Part shown: positions 24,096 to 38,899 of the stretch, one piece after another | Layout of the letters: each line of letters starts with the position of its first letter | Position numbering within the stretch: the stretch's first letter is position 1 | NCBI RefSeq assembly: GCF_963921235.1 | Contig: NC_086123.1 | Location: forward strand, 30,194,001-30,258,000 | Source: Mobula hypostoma | Taxonomy: Eukaryota | Direction: 5' to 3' | DNA: 64,000 bases | Translations under genes and position numbers: made by a program | The notes under the pieces: model-generated | Seen by the model: only the letters and a program-made list of their open reading frames with translations | Told to the model about the DNA's origin: nothing | Databases searched by the model: none

Positions 24096-27000
24096 TGCTG
24101 GGATTGTGATGGGCAAAGCACAGATTCATCAGCTTGCTCCAGTTTTTAGCAATATCAAATCAGTTGCAATGACTTGCAGTGCTTCCTGTTGACAGGTTAC
24201 AGTGGTTCATTTGAAGGTCATTTAAGAGAAGAATTTATAATAAGAAAAAATCTGCCAGAACAGGTACACAGAAACTCTTTCTTCTTCTAAGGAAATCCAA
24301 AACAATAGGGTGTAATTGTAGACATGAAATTTCCATTGCGGAAGTAAAATTTTCTTTGTTTTGGAACTCTGTACAGTCCATGGACGTGGCTTCAATAGTA
24401 ACGGGTTTAACCAAATGACAAAGACCATATTGTGATTCTCCATCCATGGGAAGCTGCCTACAAGCACAAACTAATCCCTTAACCACGTACTAAATACCAG
24501 GGATTCAAAAACATCATTAACCAATCAACTGAAAGTGAAATCTATTGACTAAATTTAGGTGCAAATTTTTGCTTAAAGTGGACATCTGTTCTACGATTTA
24601 CACTTGAGAAGCATCCACACAAAATAGCCCGTTTTTTTCTGAAAATGGGTCGCTTACTTACAAAATGTGGACAGCACATTTTATAGAATCAGCTTTATAA
24701 AGATTGGTTGGAAGATATTCAGGCTATTTGGGATATGCTAGCTGCAAACATTTATCCAATTAGTCCCACTCTCCCGCTCCTTTCCCATATCCCTACAAAT
24801 CACATATTTACCCAATTTCCCAAGGAGAGCAGAACATGCACTCATATCCATTTTAGGCACACCAGTATAACTCAGTACTTGTTGCTTCTTTCCCTTTCTC
24901 ATCTATTGCTCTCTTCCCAAAACCTTTGATTGATTGATTGATTGAGATACAGACAAGAGTAGGCTTTCTTGGCCCCTCGAGCCATACTGCCCACTAACCC
25001 CAGATTTAACCCTACTCTAATCACAGGACAATTTACAATGACCAATTAACTTAATAACCGGTACATCTTTGGACTGTGGGAGGAAACCAGAGCACCCGGA
25101 GGAAACCCCACAAAGAGTCATGGGGAGAATGTACAAACTCCTTACAGACAGCAGTGGGAACTTGCATACTCTAGTCACCAAAATCCCAATGACTAAAGCG
25201 GTTTCGACTTGTTTACCAGGAGAGAGGCAGCAAATGAGTGAAGTTAAAAGGGATAGCAATGTATTCTCATATATGAACCACAAGGATTTAACAGGAAGGT
25301 CCAACAGGTAGTTAAAGTATCAAACTGCATGGTGGTTTTTAATGGGAAAGAGTCAGAGTTTAAGAAGAGGGGAAGTTTTGTAACAGTTGTGCAGGGTGTT
25401 GTTGAGGCTACACTGCGAACACTGAGCATACACACAAAATGCTAGAGGAACTCAGGAGATCAGGCAGCATTTAGGCAAATGAGTAAACAATCGACATTTC
25501 GGGCCGAGACCCTTCTTCAGCCCCAGAAAGGAAGGGGAAGCTGGCGGAGTAACAAGGGGAGGGAAGGAAGACTGGCTGGAAGGTGATGGGTGAAGCCAGG
25601 TGGGGGGGAAAGGTAAAGGGCTGGAGAGGAAGGAATCAGGTAAGGGAGGAGAGTGGACCAGAGGAGTAGACCCAGGAGGACATGATGGGCAGGTAAGAAG
25701 AGGTGAAAGACCAGAGTGGGGAATAGAAGAAAAGGGGAGGGAGAAGGAATTTTTTCTTTTTAACCAGGACAAATTGATATTCATGCCATCAGGTTGGAGG
25801 TTACCCAGATGGAATATAAGGTGGTGGCCTCATCTGGGCACAAGAGTAGGTCATGGACCAACATGTCAGAGTTTTGAATTCTTTATCAATGAAGAAAGTA
25901 CATAGCGGTATTGGAGGACAGTCCAAAGGAATCTAAATCCGAATCTAAAAGGAGATTCAGCAGGTTAATTCCTGATATGAGAGGATTGTCTTATCGAGAA
26001 AGGCTGATAATTTGAGTATAAAAGAAAGAAGCGAAACCTCATACCAGCATATATGATCCTACTGTGTTTTGACAGGATAGATGTCAGGATATTTCAATAG
26101 TAGCAGAGTCGACCTGGGGGACGGAGCAACATAATTAAAAATGAAGTGCATGGACATTTCTTCTCTCAGAGGTGAGTGATGCTTTGGAATTCACTGCCCT
26201 TGAAGGTGGAGGCGCGATCATTAAACTTGTTTGAGATTGCTAGATATATCGTTAGATGTATTTGAAGTGGAAGTTATGGGTTGAACTCAACATCAGAAAG
26301 ACCAAGGAATTGGTTGTGGACTTCAGGAAAAGCAAATTGAAAAAACACATAGCAGTTCTTGTCCAGGGGGTCAGCAGTGGAAAGGGTGAGCAATTTCAAG
26401 TTCCTGGGTGTCAAGCAGCTTCAGTTCCTGGGTGCCAACATCTCTGAGGACCTATCCTAAGTCCAACACGTTGATGCAATTACAAAGGAAGCATTCTAGC
26501 AGATATATTTCATTCGGTGTTTTGAGGAGGTTTGATGGGTCACCAACGACTCTAGCAAGTTTTCACAGACGTACCACGGAGAGTGTCCTGACGGGTTTGT
26601 CTAATATGGAAGCGCCAGTGCACAGTCAGAAAAGGCTACAGAGGCTGTAAATTCAGCCAGCTCCATCAAGGGCACCAGCCTCTCCACCATCGAGGACATC
26701 ATCAAAAGGCGATGTTTCAGGAAGGCGGCATCTGTCATGCATGACCATCACCGTCTAAGACGTGCCTTTTTCTCATTACTACCATCAATGAGGAGGTACA
26801 GAAGCCTGAAGATACACACTCAACATTTTAGGAACAGCTTCTTCCCCTTTGCCATCAGATCTCTGAACGATCCATGAACTCATGAATTTGCTCTCTTTTT
26901 GCACTATTTTTGCTACATATTCTTATTGTAATTTATGTACTGCTGCCACTCAACAACAAATTTCATAACATATGCCAATGATAATAAACCTGATTCTGAT

Positions 27001-29504
27001 TCTACATATTGAATGATTAAGAACTGAGTTAAGGGAACCAGCTGAAAATAAGAGTTGAGGTCAGTGTAAATCAGACATGATCATCTTGAACAGCAGGGCA
27101 GACTTGAGGGGCCAAACGGCCTATTCCTGCTGTATTTTCCTTTGTTACATCTACCTGAAATGTTGTCGTATCTACATGAAAGCAGCATCCATCATCAGAG
27201 AACCCCACCATCCAGGTCAAGCTCTCTTCTCGCTGTTGCCTTCAGGTAGAAGGTGGTCCAAGAGCCCCAGGACTCACAAAACCTGGTTCATGAACAGTTA
27301 CTACCCCACAACCATCAGGCTCTTCAATAAAAGGGGATAACTACACTCACTTGCCCCATCACTGAAATGTTCCTAAAACCAATGATCTCACTTTAAGGAA
27401 TCTTTATCTCATTATCTTATGTTCTCGTTATTTATTGCTATTTACTTATATTTGCATTTGTACAGTTTGTTGTCTTCTGCACTCCGGTTGATCTTTCATT
27501 GATCCTGTTATAGTTACTATTCTATGGATTTACTGAGTATTCACACAAGAAAATGAATCTCAGGGTTGTATATGGTGACATATACAGCATGTACTTTGAT
27601 AATGAATTTACTTTGAACTTTGTTACTTGTGTCTGCCCATAAACCACACTACTGGGTTATCTAGATTTTGTACTTAATGTTTTAAAACCTTGCACACGCC
27701 TTTGAATAATGATTTTAATTCTCCCTATATTTTTCCACTGGCCCTGTTTTAAAGATTGAAGTAAATTTAGTATCGAAGTATGTATTGTCACTGAATGGTA
27801 ATGTGGTGTTCAGATTTTTAAAATATTGTTCTTCAAGATTGAGAAGATGAGGGAAAGCAACATCCATCATCAAGGACCCCCAATGCCCTAAGATTAATTT
27901 TCTTGCAGACATGCCCAGTAGAACAAAAAAATACAATAGAATCAATGAAAAACTACACAGAAAGACTGACAACCAATGTGAAAAAGACGAACTGCAAGTA
28001 CATAAAAAAAAATCAAAGTTCAAAGAGCATCTATTATACAAGTATGTGTACGTTATACAAGCTTGACATTCGTCTCCTTACACAAAACAAAGAAACCCGA
28101 AGGAATCCATTAAAACAAGAGAAGACCGTTAAACACTTACTGTGCAGAGAGAGAAAAAACAAACACATCATGCAAACAATAAAAGTAAGCAAACTGCACT
28201 TAGAAGGAAAGTGAGTGTTCAGACATAAAGCCAGGAGCAAACTCAGTGCGACAAAGAGCAGAGTAAATGTCGCAGAGGGGTGAGAGGAACCAACCCAATA
28301 ATAACAATAAATAAATAATACTGTGAATATTGAATAATACTGTAGCATCCTTGAAACTGAGTCTATAGGTTATGGAATAACTTCAGTGTTGAGGTGAGTG
28401 AAGTTATCCATACTGGTTCAGGAGCCTGATGGTTAAGGGATAATTACTGTTCCCGAAACTGGTGGTGTGGTTCCTGTACCTCCACAGCAGTGAGAAGCGA
28501 CCGTGGCCTGGATGGTGGGGTCCTTGATGATGGACGATGCTCTCCCTCGTCTTCTGAACAAAAACCAATTGCAACCTTGAGGAACAATGTTTCCACAACC
28601 TGAACATCGCATTACCATTCAATGACGATGACAATCTCATCTAAACAAGATGTTTCTGCTGCTGACAGACAAGAGTGTCTCTTGTCATGGAGTTTCTGGG
28701 CAGCATGTGTCTGTTTTCAAGCTGAGAGACAATGGCTGTAAAAAGCTGCCATTATCAAGCTTGCTAAAGCTAAATTTTCCATGCAAGTGGTACAAGATGC
28801 TGCTTTAAACTAAACAATGTGTAAATATTGTTACTGAATGGATTGACATGAGAAACATTGATTAACAAAACACCATTTCTCGCCCCGTGAGCACTGAAAT
28901 CTCAGAAAAAATGTGCCCAGCTGCCAGATTTTGAATACCTTCAGCCAGTTCGAAAAGCATAAATTATTCAAACAGGCTAGAAACCCTTGTGGGGTAACCT
29001 CAAACCTTGAAACCTTAAACACAAATTAGCTCATCAAAATTGGATAAATCAGCTGTCAATCTCACATTAGGCCCCATACAGCAAATAGCTGGTATCATTC
29101 TAGTGCTAAAAGGGAACTATGCACGGAAAAGATTTTAAAAAAATTCTGCCTCTACTGGGTGGAGGGTGACCCAGATTATGATCCAACATTACCATAAGAT
29201 ATAAGAGTTGAATTAGGCTATTTGGCCCATTGAATCTTTCCACCATTTTATTATAGCTAATTTATTACTGTATCTCCATCAACGCCATTCTCCTGCTTTC
29301 TCCCCTTAACCTTTGACACCCGTACTAATGAAGAACCTATCAACCTCTGCTTTATTTAAAGGATTTAGCCTCCACAGCCATCCACTGCAATGAATTCCAC
29401 AGATTCCCCACCTCTGGCTGGAGAATTCCCTCCTCATTTTTGTTCTGAAGGGACGTCCTTTCATTCTGAAAATGTGCCCTTTGGTCCTAGACTCCCCCAC
29501 CAGG

Positions 29505-30765
29505 ACAATCAGACATAATAAAAGTGAGGTAGTGTTCATGAATTCAATGTCCATTTAGGAATTGGATGGCAGAGGGAAAGAAGCTGTTCCTGAATTGTTG
29601 AGTGTGTGCCTTCAGACTCCTCTTCCTCTTCCCTTATGGTAACAATGAGAAGAGGGCATGTCCTGGTGATGGGGGTCCTTAATAATGGGACACTGCCTTT
29701 CTGAGACACCACTCCTTGAAGACAGAGGCTGGTACCCAAGATGGAGCTGACTAATTTCACAACTTTCTGTGGCTTCTTACAATCCTGTGCAGTAGCCCCC
29801 ACCCAACCCCTATCCCAGACAGTGATGCAGCCTGTCAGAATGCTCTCCATGGTACAACTGTATAAGTTTTTGTGTTTTAGGAGACAAACCAAACTTTCTC
29901 AGACTCCCAATGAAATATAGCCATTGTCTTGCCTTCTTTATAGCTGCATCGATGGGTTGGGACCAGGTTAGATCCTCAGAAATCTTGACACCCAGGAACT
30001 TGAAATTGCTCACTCTCTCCACTTCTGATCTCTGTATGAGGATTGGTTCGTGATCCCTCTTCCTACCCTTTCTGAAGTCCACAATCAGCTCCTTGGTCTT
30101 ACTAACACTGAGTGCAAGGTTGTTACTGTGACACCACACAATTAGTTGGCATATCTCACTCCTGTAAGCCCTCTCGTCTCCATCTGAGATTCTGCCAGCA
30201 ATGCTTGTATCATCAGCAAATTTATAGATGGCATTTGAGCTACTGTATGCCTAGCCACACAGTCATGGGTATAGAGAGAGTAGAGCAGTGGGCTAAGCAC
30301 ACACCCCTGAGGTGCATCAGTGTTCATTGTCAATGAGGAAGAGTTATTAATACCAATCTGCAGAGATTGTGGTCTTCCAGTTAAGAAGTTGAGGATCCAA
30401 TTGCAGAGGGAGGTACAGAGACCCAGGACTGTAGAAGTAATTGTGTTAAACGCTGAGCTATAGTCACCAAACAGCATCCTGACATAGGTGTTTCTATTGT
30501 CCAGATGATCTAAGGCCGCTTAAAAAGTGATTGAGGTCTGCTGTAGGCCTATTGTGGCGATGGGCAAATTGCAGTGGGTCCAGGTCATGCTGAGGCAGGA
30601 GCTGATATTGGCCATGACCAACTTCTCAAAGCATTTCAATACCGGAGATGTGAGTGCTACTGGGAGATAGTCATTAAGGCAGCTCACCCTACTGTGCTTA
30701 GGCACTGGAATAACTGTTGCCCTTTTGAAGCAGGTGGGAACTTCAGACCATAGCAACGAGAGGCT
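29505..30765 (-). mobile_element. Degenerate Rex1/Babar-clade LINE RT fragment
   Basis: [52 protein letters not shown] and KTKELIVDFRK, split across frames. Confidence 0.88.
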
Positions 30766-31084
30766 GACTATCTAGTTGGTTTCAATGAGATTTCCCCCTT
30801 CATTCTTCTATTCTTACAGAAAATGTCTGTTAAAAGCATGACATTACATTCACAGAAGAAGATGAAGTTATTATGAAGTAAACTTAACTTTTATTACAGT
30901 CTAACTCGTCAGCATTCCGTTGAAGGGAGCGAAGTGCAGGCTGGAGATGGCACAAGATGTTATTGTCTCTGATACTGAGCTAAGGACATTCTGGATGAAC
31001 TCCCTCCCTAAATACTGTCCCGGATGGTCAGAGTACCGTCCTCATCATGGACAGAAACCTGGTCATTCCCAAATCTCCATTGTA

Positions 31085-31735
31085 GGTGGGAGGAGAAGAT
31101 GGCAGCGCGCCTGCGCGTGCGCAGCCCTCCGGTGAAAAATGATATCGTATCTGTTAAATAGGGGCCGTGGACAATTCTGATTTGATGGAGAAAGTACATG
31201 AAAGCACAGAGGAACATCTGGAGAAATTTCTGAAACGCCCGTTCGCTGCTGTCGTTACTGTGTGGTCGGGAATCTTTCGGAGGGTAGGCCTCAAAACCCC
31301 TGGCCTTGCCTGCTTTTGGTGACCGAGAAGGAGGTCGAATTGCTCGGACAGAGATGGCGCTCAGTACTCGGCGTCGGAGAGCTGATCAGAGCTCGGTTTT
31401 CGGATGACTCAGAGTCGGATTGTGGTCGGCCGGGCAGGGAGAGTTTTTCTTCCTTCTCCCGTCTGCGTGAGATGTGGGACATTTGAGAAACTTTGAACTT
31501 TACTGTGCTCATGGACTTCTTCATCAAGTTATGGTATTGTTGCACTGTTTGTAGCTATATGTTATAATCATATAGTTCATATACCAGTATATATAATCAT
31601 ATACTGGTTTTATCAGTTTTTTCAGTCTTGGTCTGTCCTGTGTTTTGTGATATCATACCGGAGGAAATAATGTATCATTTCTTAATGCATGCTTTACTAA
31701 ATGACAATAAAAGAGGACTACGTGTCTTCATAATC
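31085..31735 (+). mobile_element. CpG-rich non-autonomous retroposon (unclassified)
   Basis: Starts ggaggagaagatggcagcgcgc; CpG-rich 5' half and an AT-rich LINE-like 3' tail with aaatgacaataaa. Confidence 0.5.
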
Positions 31736-33782
31736 TATTTGGTGACTTCAGGCTGGATTTAGTCCAGGAGAGCAAGAAGCAGGTGAGTCTCCTGGGGGAG
31801 TACAATTAGACCTAGGCTGGTTGCTATGAACATTATTCTCTTAGGCACCAAAAACAGAGGAATGAGAGAATGAAGGTGACATGGCAGCATAGCAGCTAAT
31901 GTTAATGCTTTACAGCGCTGACAATCGGAAAATCGGGGTCTAATTCCTGCCGCTGGCTGTAAGGAGTTTGTACGTTCTCCCATAATTGCGTGGTTTCCTC
32001 CCACATTCCAAAGACCCACGGGACAGAGCTAATAAGTTGTGAGCCACTGACAGAAACGATGCATTTCACTGTAACTATAGACAGACCTGTAACAATAAAA
32101 CTAATCTTAATCGATCTCTTGTTCACCTGCTCGGCTAGTGACTTACAGGTTGTCCCCAGGATTTGGTCGGGCTCCATTCCTGTGAAGTGCTCATAACCTG
32201 AAGAGTTCACAGTTAGAAATGCAGCTGCACACTGACTTCCCGGTCAGAAGATGTCGCAGCTCTGTAGCATTCGACAAATCCACGCGATAGGTCTCCCAAG
32301 TGCCCAAAATACAGGATGGACATGTTAGGTGTTGGCAAGCTGGGGAGGTCTTACTGCCTGATACGCTGGCTCGCCAGTAGGGCAGCAATGAGGGTCCTCC
32401 ATCTCTATCTGCATAGAAGGATTCTTCATTGCTGTTTCTGTAACAATTTTCTTTTCACCTGTCAGGGTCGTTAACCCTGAGATGAACCCTGAACCTGGAG
32501 GACCGGTGAACCACGCTTAGTCTCTCCTCTATCCTTTGACCTGTTTGCCATGGGTGACCCTACCAAGAGCCAAAGTGCAAAGCCCTGACCTTAGCCAACA
32601 TAGCTCTCCAGGTCATTGAGACACGCAAGCCTCCAAACCCCACACCAAGTTTGTGGTCCTCTTGTATAATGTACTTTCCCCTCTGCAGTTTCTTTGCCAG
32701 CAAAGCTCCTAACTTCATAACGAACAGTAAAGGAGTCCTCAGTTACGTGCTTAAGATTCAAGGCCCTGATGTTCACAATTGGGTGCCCCGCTGTAACTTC
32801 AGGACATTAATATCTGCAACCCACACACACAAAAAAAAAGGATGACACAGATGGACAACTGCACCCGCGCGAGTTAATATTGCCTTATTTGAAAAACCTA
32901 GATGGTGAACCCACAGGCGATTATGCAGAAATCCATTCTGCTTTCACAATGATAGTGATCAGGTAAACTGACAACTATGGGAAAATACTGAGGTTCTTAG
33001 GTTCTGGAATGGAGTGAGTCAGAGCAAGAGATGACTATGTAATGGCTCTCATGGGAATACATGAGGTAATGCATCCGAATCCAAGGATCAAGAAATTTGG
33101 AATAACCGTATATAATTATTACTGCAAATTTGATTTACTAAGCTTTTCATTCTGTGTTTCTCAGAAGGCTCAAGCTATCTTTATGTTAATCAGGATTATA
33201 TCAATATTCCTCGTTTAACTTCTAAAGGAAACCTGGGAGATCAAGGCTCAAAGTAAATTTTATTATCAGAGTACATATACGTCACCACATACAGCCCTGA
33301 GATTCATTTTCCTGTGGGCATACTCAGCAAATCTATAGAATAGTAACTGCAACAGGATCAATGAAAGATCAACCAGAGTGTGGAAGACAACAAACTCTGC
33401 AAATGCAAATATAAACAAATAGCAATAACTAACAAGAACATGAGATAATGGGGTAAAGAGTCCTTAAAGTGAGAGCACTGGTTGTGGGAACATCTCAGCA
33501 GATGGGCAAGTGAATGTAGTTATCCCCTTTTGTTCAAGAGCCTGATGGTTGAGGGGAAGTAACTGTTCCTGAACCTGGTGGTGTGAGTCCTGAGGCTCTT
33601 GTACCTTCTATCTGATGGCAGCAGTCAGAAGAGAGCATGATCTGGGTGGTGGGGATCTCTGATGATGGATGCTGCTTTGCAACGACACCGTTTCATGTAG
33701 ATGCGCTCGACAGTTGGGAGGGCTTTATCCATGATGCATTGGGTCGAATCCACTCCCTCAAAATCAACAATAATAATAGTCA

Positions 33783-33990
33783 CGCAACACACATCAAAGT
33801 TGCTGGTGAACGCAGCAGGCCAGGCAGCATCTCTAGGAAGAGGTACAGTCAACGTTTCAAGCTGAGACCCTTCGTCGTCGACTGCACCTCTTCCTAGAGA
33901 TGCTGCCTGACCTGCTGCGTTCACCAGCAACTTTGATGTGTGTTGCTTGAATTTCCAGCATCTGCAGAATTCCTGTTGTTTGCGTTTTAA
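33783..33990. mobile_element. Palindromic Penelope-derived mini-insertion, family A, copy 2
   Basis: About 71-bp inverted arms; 14-bp TSD aataataatagtca (33769-33782 / 33991-34004). Confidence 0.85.
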
Positions 33991-34719
33991 AATAATAATA
34001 GTCAAGTATTTTTGCTCTGAGGCCGACTCAATAATTTGGAGCAAAAACATAAACTACTGGAAGAACTCAGCAAGTGCAGAGATGCTGCCTGACCTGCTGA
34101 GTGCTTCTGGTACTTTCCGTTCACTTCAGACTTCCAACACCTTCAGGCTTAAACATTTCCGGTAATCTGGCAAGTGAGTCAGAGCATTTTCCAGCCCTGC
34201 AGAGCACTGATGGTATCAACTTTGTGAAATAGAAGGTACGTGTTCTGTGGTCATCAGCAGCAAGGCTGATTGTTATTGTCTGAGCTGAGACTGTGCCAAG
34301 TCAATTATGTTCAAAATGCTGGAGTGACACAGAGACTGGACCATGTCACATGAGATTCCTTCTCTAAATGATGGGACAGGAAAGGTTGGGCATCTGTGAT
34401 ACTCATGCATCATGACAAAGTCCACTTTCTCGTCTTGAAGAAGAAGAAGGAGAAAGCCTTTAGCTCCGAGTGGAGTCAGCGGGACGCTGTCATGATGGTG
34501 TTTTTTTTAGCAGGCTTTCTTATTTTTACGAGGCCGAGTTGCTAGTTCGACGCTCAACCCAGCATGGATGGAAAGCATGCCAGGGAGCCGGTTGGATTCG
34601 AACTCGGGAGCCTGCGCTCCGAAGTCCAGCGCTGATGCCACTACACGGACTTCAGGCCACTGACAGCAGAGTCAGTATGAAGCTACAACACTGTATCAAA
34701 TAGCTGGATTTCTTGTTAT

Positions 34720-35233
34720 ACCCTCAATGGCCACCTTTCTACATACCTCCTGTACCCTATGAAGTGGCCACTGAGAGTATGTTCATTATCTTTTAAAAAA
34801 AATTTTATTGAGATACAGCATGGAATCGGCCCTTCGAGCAATCCGACCCCATCCCCGATTTAATGCTAGCTTAATCCACAGGATAATCTATGGTGAACAA
34901 TTAACCTACAGGTCGATCTTCACCAATCCGACTACCTGTAATCCAGAGGAAACCTACATGGTCACGGGGAGAATGGACAAACTCCTTACAGGCAGTGGCA
35001 GGAATTGAACCCGGGTCGCCTGTACTGTAAAGCGACGCGACGTGCCACCTTCTGCTGCTATAGCCCATCCACTTCAAAGCTCGGCGTGCTGCGCATACAG
35101 AGAGCATCTTCTGCACACCACTGTTGTAACGTGGGGTTATTTTGAGTTACTGTCGACTTCCTGTCAGCTTGAACCAGACACGTGCATAAACGAGTAAGTG
35201 TACAGGTGTACTTAATAAAGTGGCCACTAAGTG
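34720..35233. mobile_element. Tc1-like non-autonomous element with a nested V-SINE
   Basis: Termini 'ctcaatggccaccttt' and 'taaagtggccactaagtg'; V-SINE inserted at about 34800-35035. Confidence 0.55.
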
Positions 35234-35234
35234 C

Positions 35235-35420
35235 TGGCTAGTGGTATAGTGGCATCAGCACTGGTCTTCGAGGCAAGTGGTCCCAGGTTCAAATCCGGCT
35301 GGCTCCTTCCACACTTTCCATCTGTGCTGGGTTGAGGGCCAGCAACTCAGCCTCGTATAAAACAGACAAAAAAATGCTAAAGATGTGTCACAAGGCGCAG
35401 AAAGGAACAACAACGATAAC
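35235..35420 (+). mobile_element. tRNA-derived SINE, second family (copy at about 60560-60750)
   Basis: Head 'gtggtatagtggcatcagcac...ggttcaaatcc', tail 'aaggaacaacaac'; two homologous copies. Confidence 0.6.
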
Positions 35421-38400
35421 AAGAAGTGTATTCTTGTACCCAGGGGTTCAGGGCATAGATAATCCTGGACTCAAGAGATTCTGCTGATGCTGTAAATCTT
35501 GAAAAACACACACCCACAATGTCAGCAAGTCAGGGAACATCTACAGAGGGGATAAACACCGTTCATCCGGACTGCCTCTATATCTATATTTGGAGAGACT
35601 CAGAAATCTCAGTATAGCCACAGGACTGGAGAATGCTATAGAAATTAAACGAGATATGGTCAGGGAAGGCTTCTGAAACCAAAGATGGGACTGTTAACAC
35701 TGAACCAGGAGGTTGGTAGGCAAAAGTGTGATTGAATGAGGATATAGGTGACAGAGCATTAGGCAAAGCTAGTTAATGGAAAGTTGAGAAAGGACTCATT
35801 CAATCACAAATGAGAGAAAATCTGCAGATGCTGGAGATCTGAGCAACACACACAAGATGCTGGAGGAACTTAGCAGGCCAGGTAGCATCTAGGAAAAGAG
35901 TACATTATGGGTTTCGGCCCAAAATGTCAACCGATCTTTTCCACGGATGCTGCCCAACCTGCTGAGTTCCTCCAGCGTGTTGTGAGGTTACAATAATTAA
36001 CTTGACCAGCAGAACTGTAACGTTTCATCAAGTGACTAACTTGGTTCCATGTGACAGGATGGACTGGTTTCAACTCTACTTCCTATGTGAACCTTAAAAC
36101 CCAGTTGATGCAGGGCTCAACAGGAGGTTACAAAACCATAGATTGATTGCCTAATTTGAGCAATAATTCATTCCTCAACACAGATGTCTGAAGCTTCATT
36201 GAGGAGAGCTGGAAACATAACCCATCTGGAGTGAGATGGATGCAGGTGAACTGAAACACACATGAGAAATTCTGCAGATGCTGGAAATCCAGAGCAACAC
36301 ACAAAATGCTGGAGGAACTCTGCAGATCAGGCAGCATCTATGAAAATGAACAGACTCGTCAACATTTTGGGCTAAGGCCGTTCATCAAGACTGAAAAGGA
36401 AGGGGGAAGAAGCCAATATAAAGAGGTGGGTGGGGGGAGGGGAAGGGGAAGCAATTCTCCTTTCAAAGTATGTTACAAATAATTAAAGGAACAATCTATC
36501 AGTTTATTCAGTGGAGGATTACAATTCAGGAAATTAGTACTCTACTCATACCTCAGGCCGATTTGCTGATTTCCATGCAAGGTTCTGTGCTTCAGAAAGT
36601 ACAAGCCCAGATTTTCAGTGCATATTTGTGGTGATACCTTAAGGTGCCCCCGTGAATGGAGATGGTTGCAATGAATTATTAGTATGAGCTGATGTAATTT
36701 ATCTGTCTTTGTGATGTCACAGTCACAGCTCTGAGCTCAATGGGATGACAATGCAACTGAAAATGCCTCAGTGACTTATGTACAAACAAGAAGCACCAAC
36801 ATTTTTACACTTTACTGCATTTTCTAAAACTAAGACATTCATGGTGAAAGTATCAAGAGGATACTATTATATCTTCATTTTATTTTCCTTCCATTTCTGC
36901 TTAAATCACACACTTTGATCGTTCATGGCTAGCTAATATAACAAATGCTCAATTTCACTGTCCTGAATAGACACAAAAAAGTACATGCTGGAACAAAAGC
37001 ACAAACTACTTTCAGTCAGTCGGCCTTTAGAGAGAACAGAATAGTTCATGTTTCTTAGGAATAATCCTTTCGCCATTTCCAATGGAGAGTTAATACCAGT
37101 AAATCTTCCCTCTTTCCTCTTCAGAGACTCAGGACTTCAGACTCATTTTGTGTATGTGCCAGACTCCATAAATGACCATGACCACTCTCCTTTCCTTGTC
37201 CATAATTCATGATAACGTACTGGTTAACACAACGCTTTACAGCACAGGCAACTGGGGTTCAATTCCCACCGCTGCCTGTAAGGAGTTTATATGCTCTCCC
37301 CGTGACTGCGTGGGTTTCCTCCCACAGGCCAAAGGTGTACCAGTTGGTAGGTTTATTGGTTATTGTAAATTGTCCCATGGTTGGGCTAGGGTTAAATCAG
37401 GGGATTCCTCGGTAGTGAGGCTCAAAAGGGACAGAAGGGCCTGCTGTATCTCAAAAAATAAAAATAAGCTAAAAGTTCAAAACGGGAAAGAAAACATCAT
37501 GAATATTTTGAATACTTGCTCAAGGATGTCATTTCAATCTTTACATATTTTACAATACACGTCAATGAAACAAAAAGGCCTTTCTGAAATGTTCAGCATC
37601 AATCATGGTGCTCGGCATAAAAAAACGACTTTGAACTGCAAGTTGGAATCACAATTAAGTAAATTCCAGCAGAAGAGAGACTTTTCACTGAAAGCAAAGC
37701 GAGTTTCTCTAATTCATGACAGAATCCACCAACTTGTAATTCAAATTGGAAACACTGGCAACGTAACAGGTCAATGAACTTTTCATTAACACAGGCTGTG
37801 CTGTGATGGAGCCTCTGCGTTCACCAGCAACTTTGATGTGTGTTGCTAAAATCATTGAGAGTCCGTGAATTCTTGGCCTCCTTTGAAAGGCCTGAGGTGT
37901 CACAGGGTTTATCTCAATGCACTGAGCGTTCTTCTCTCTCTCTCTCTCTCTCCCTCCCTCCCTGCTGTTGCAAGTTATATTAGTTAAAAAAAACTTTTTC
38001 AGCCAAGTCTCTAAGCTCTGTAATTTCCTGCTTAACCTTTGGTTCAACATCTTCCTTCCAGATGCATCTAGAAACTGACCTCTTCACCAAGATTTTGATC
38101 ATTTGCCCTATTTTATTTCTGTAGGGATCAGTATTGTTTTGTTAATGTTCCCGGCAAGTACCCTGGCACATTTCTGAAGTTGTTCTGTGTTTTTACTCTC
38201 CTCAGGCATGGCAGCTTGAGACACCTAAAACAAAGCTGAGAAACAGCACCTCAAGTTCCCTGTTACACACTTCGGAGTCTTCTGCATTCAACTCAAGGGT
38301 AAATGTCCTTCAGCCATACATGAACACAACCAACCGAGACAGCATTACTGCAGGGTCGAGGGGCGCAAAAACACATTGCCAACAGTCGCACAACACAGCA

Positions 38401-38899
38401 CACACAAGATCACAATATCACAATCACGGAATAAGAGACGCACCCCCATCCTGCCCCATGACACTGCACATACAAGACAACAGCCCATAAAGAATATCAG
38501 TAAAATATAATGATGCAGAATAAGCATGTGTATAGTCCAGACTCCCCCCCAGCCCACTGATATCAACTGTTGAGCGGCCCCTGATGCCCCTGAATTCAGC
38601 AGGTCTAGCATCATCAGTGGAGGGAGAGAGGAATTATCAATGTTTTAAACCGTGCGTCGGAGATAAGATCTGACGCAGGGACCCCCTTCATCCCGAAATA
38701 TTAGCAATTCCTCTCCCCAGATACTGTTCCTCCAGCAGACTGTTCGATGCTCCGGAATCCAGCAGCTGTAGTCTTGTGTCTCCACTGAATTCAACAAATT
38801 CAAAGCCGAGTTTATTGTCACATGCACAAGTACACTACACAGATGCAATGAAAAGCTGAACTTGCAGCAGCATCACAGGCATAAAGTCCCAAGAAAAAC

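Noticed and set aside
37172-37777. 201-aa ORF
   Set aside because: It runs through a V-SINE into AT-rich intron; no domain or splice support.
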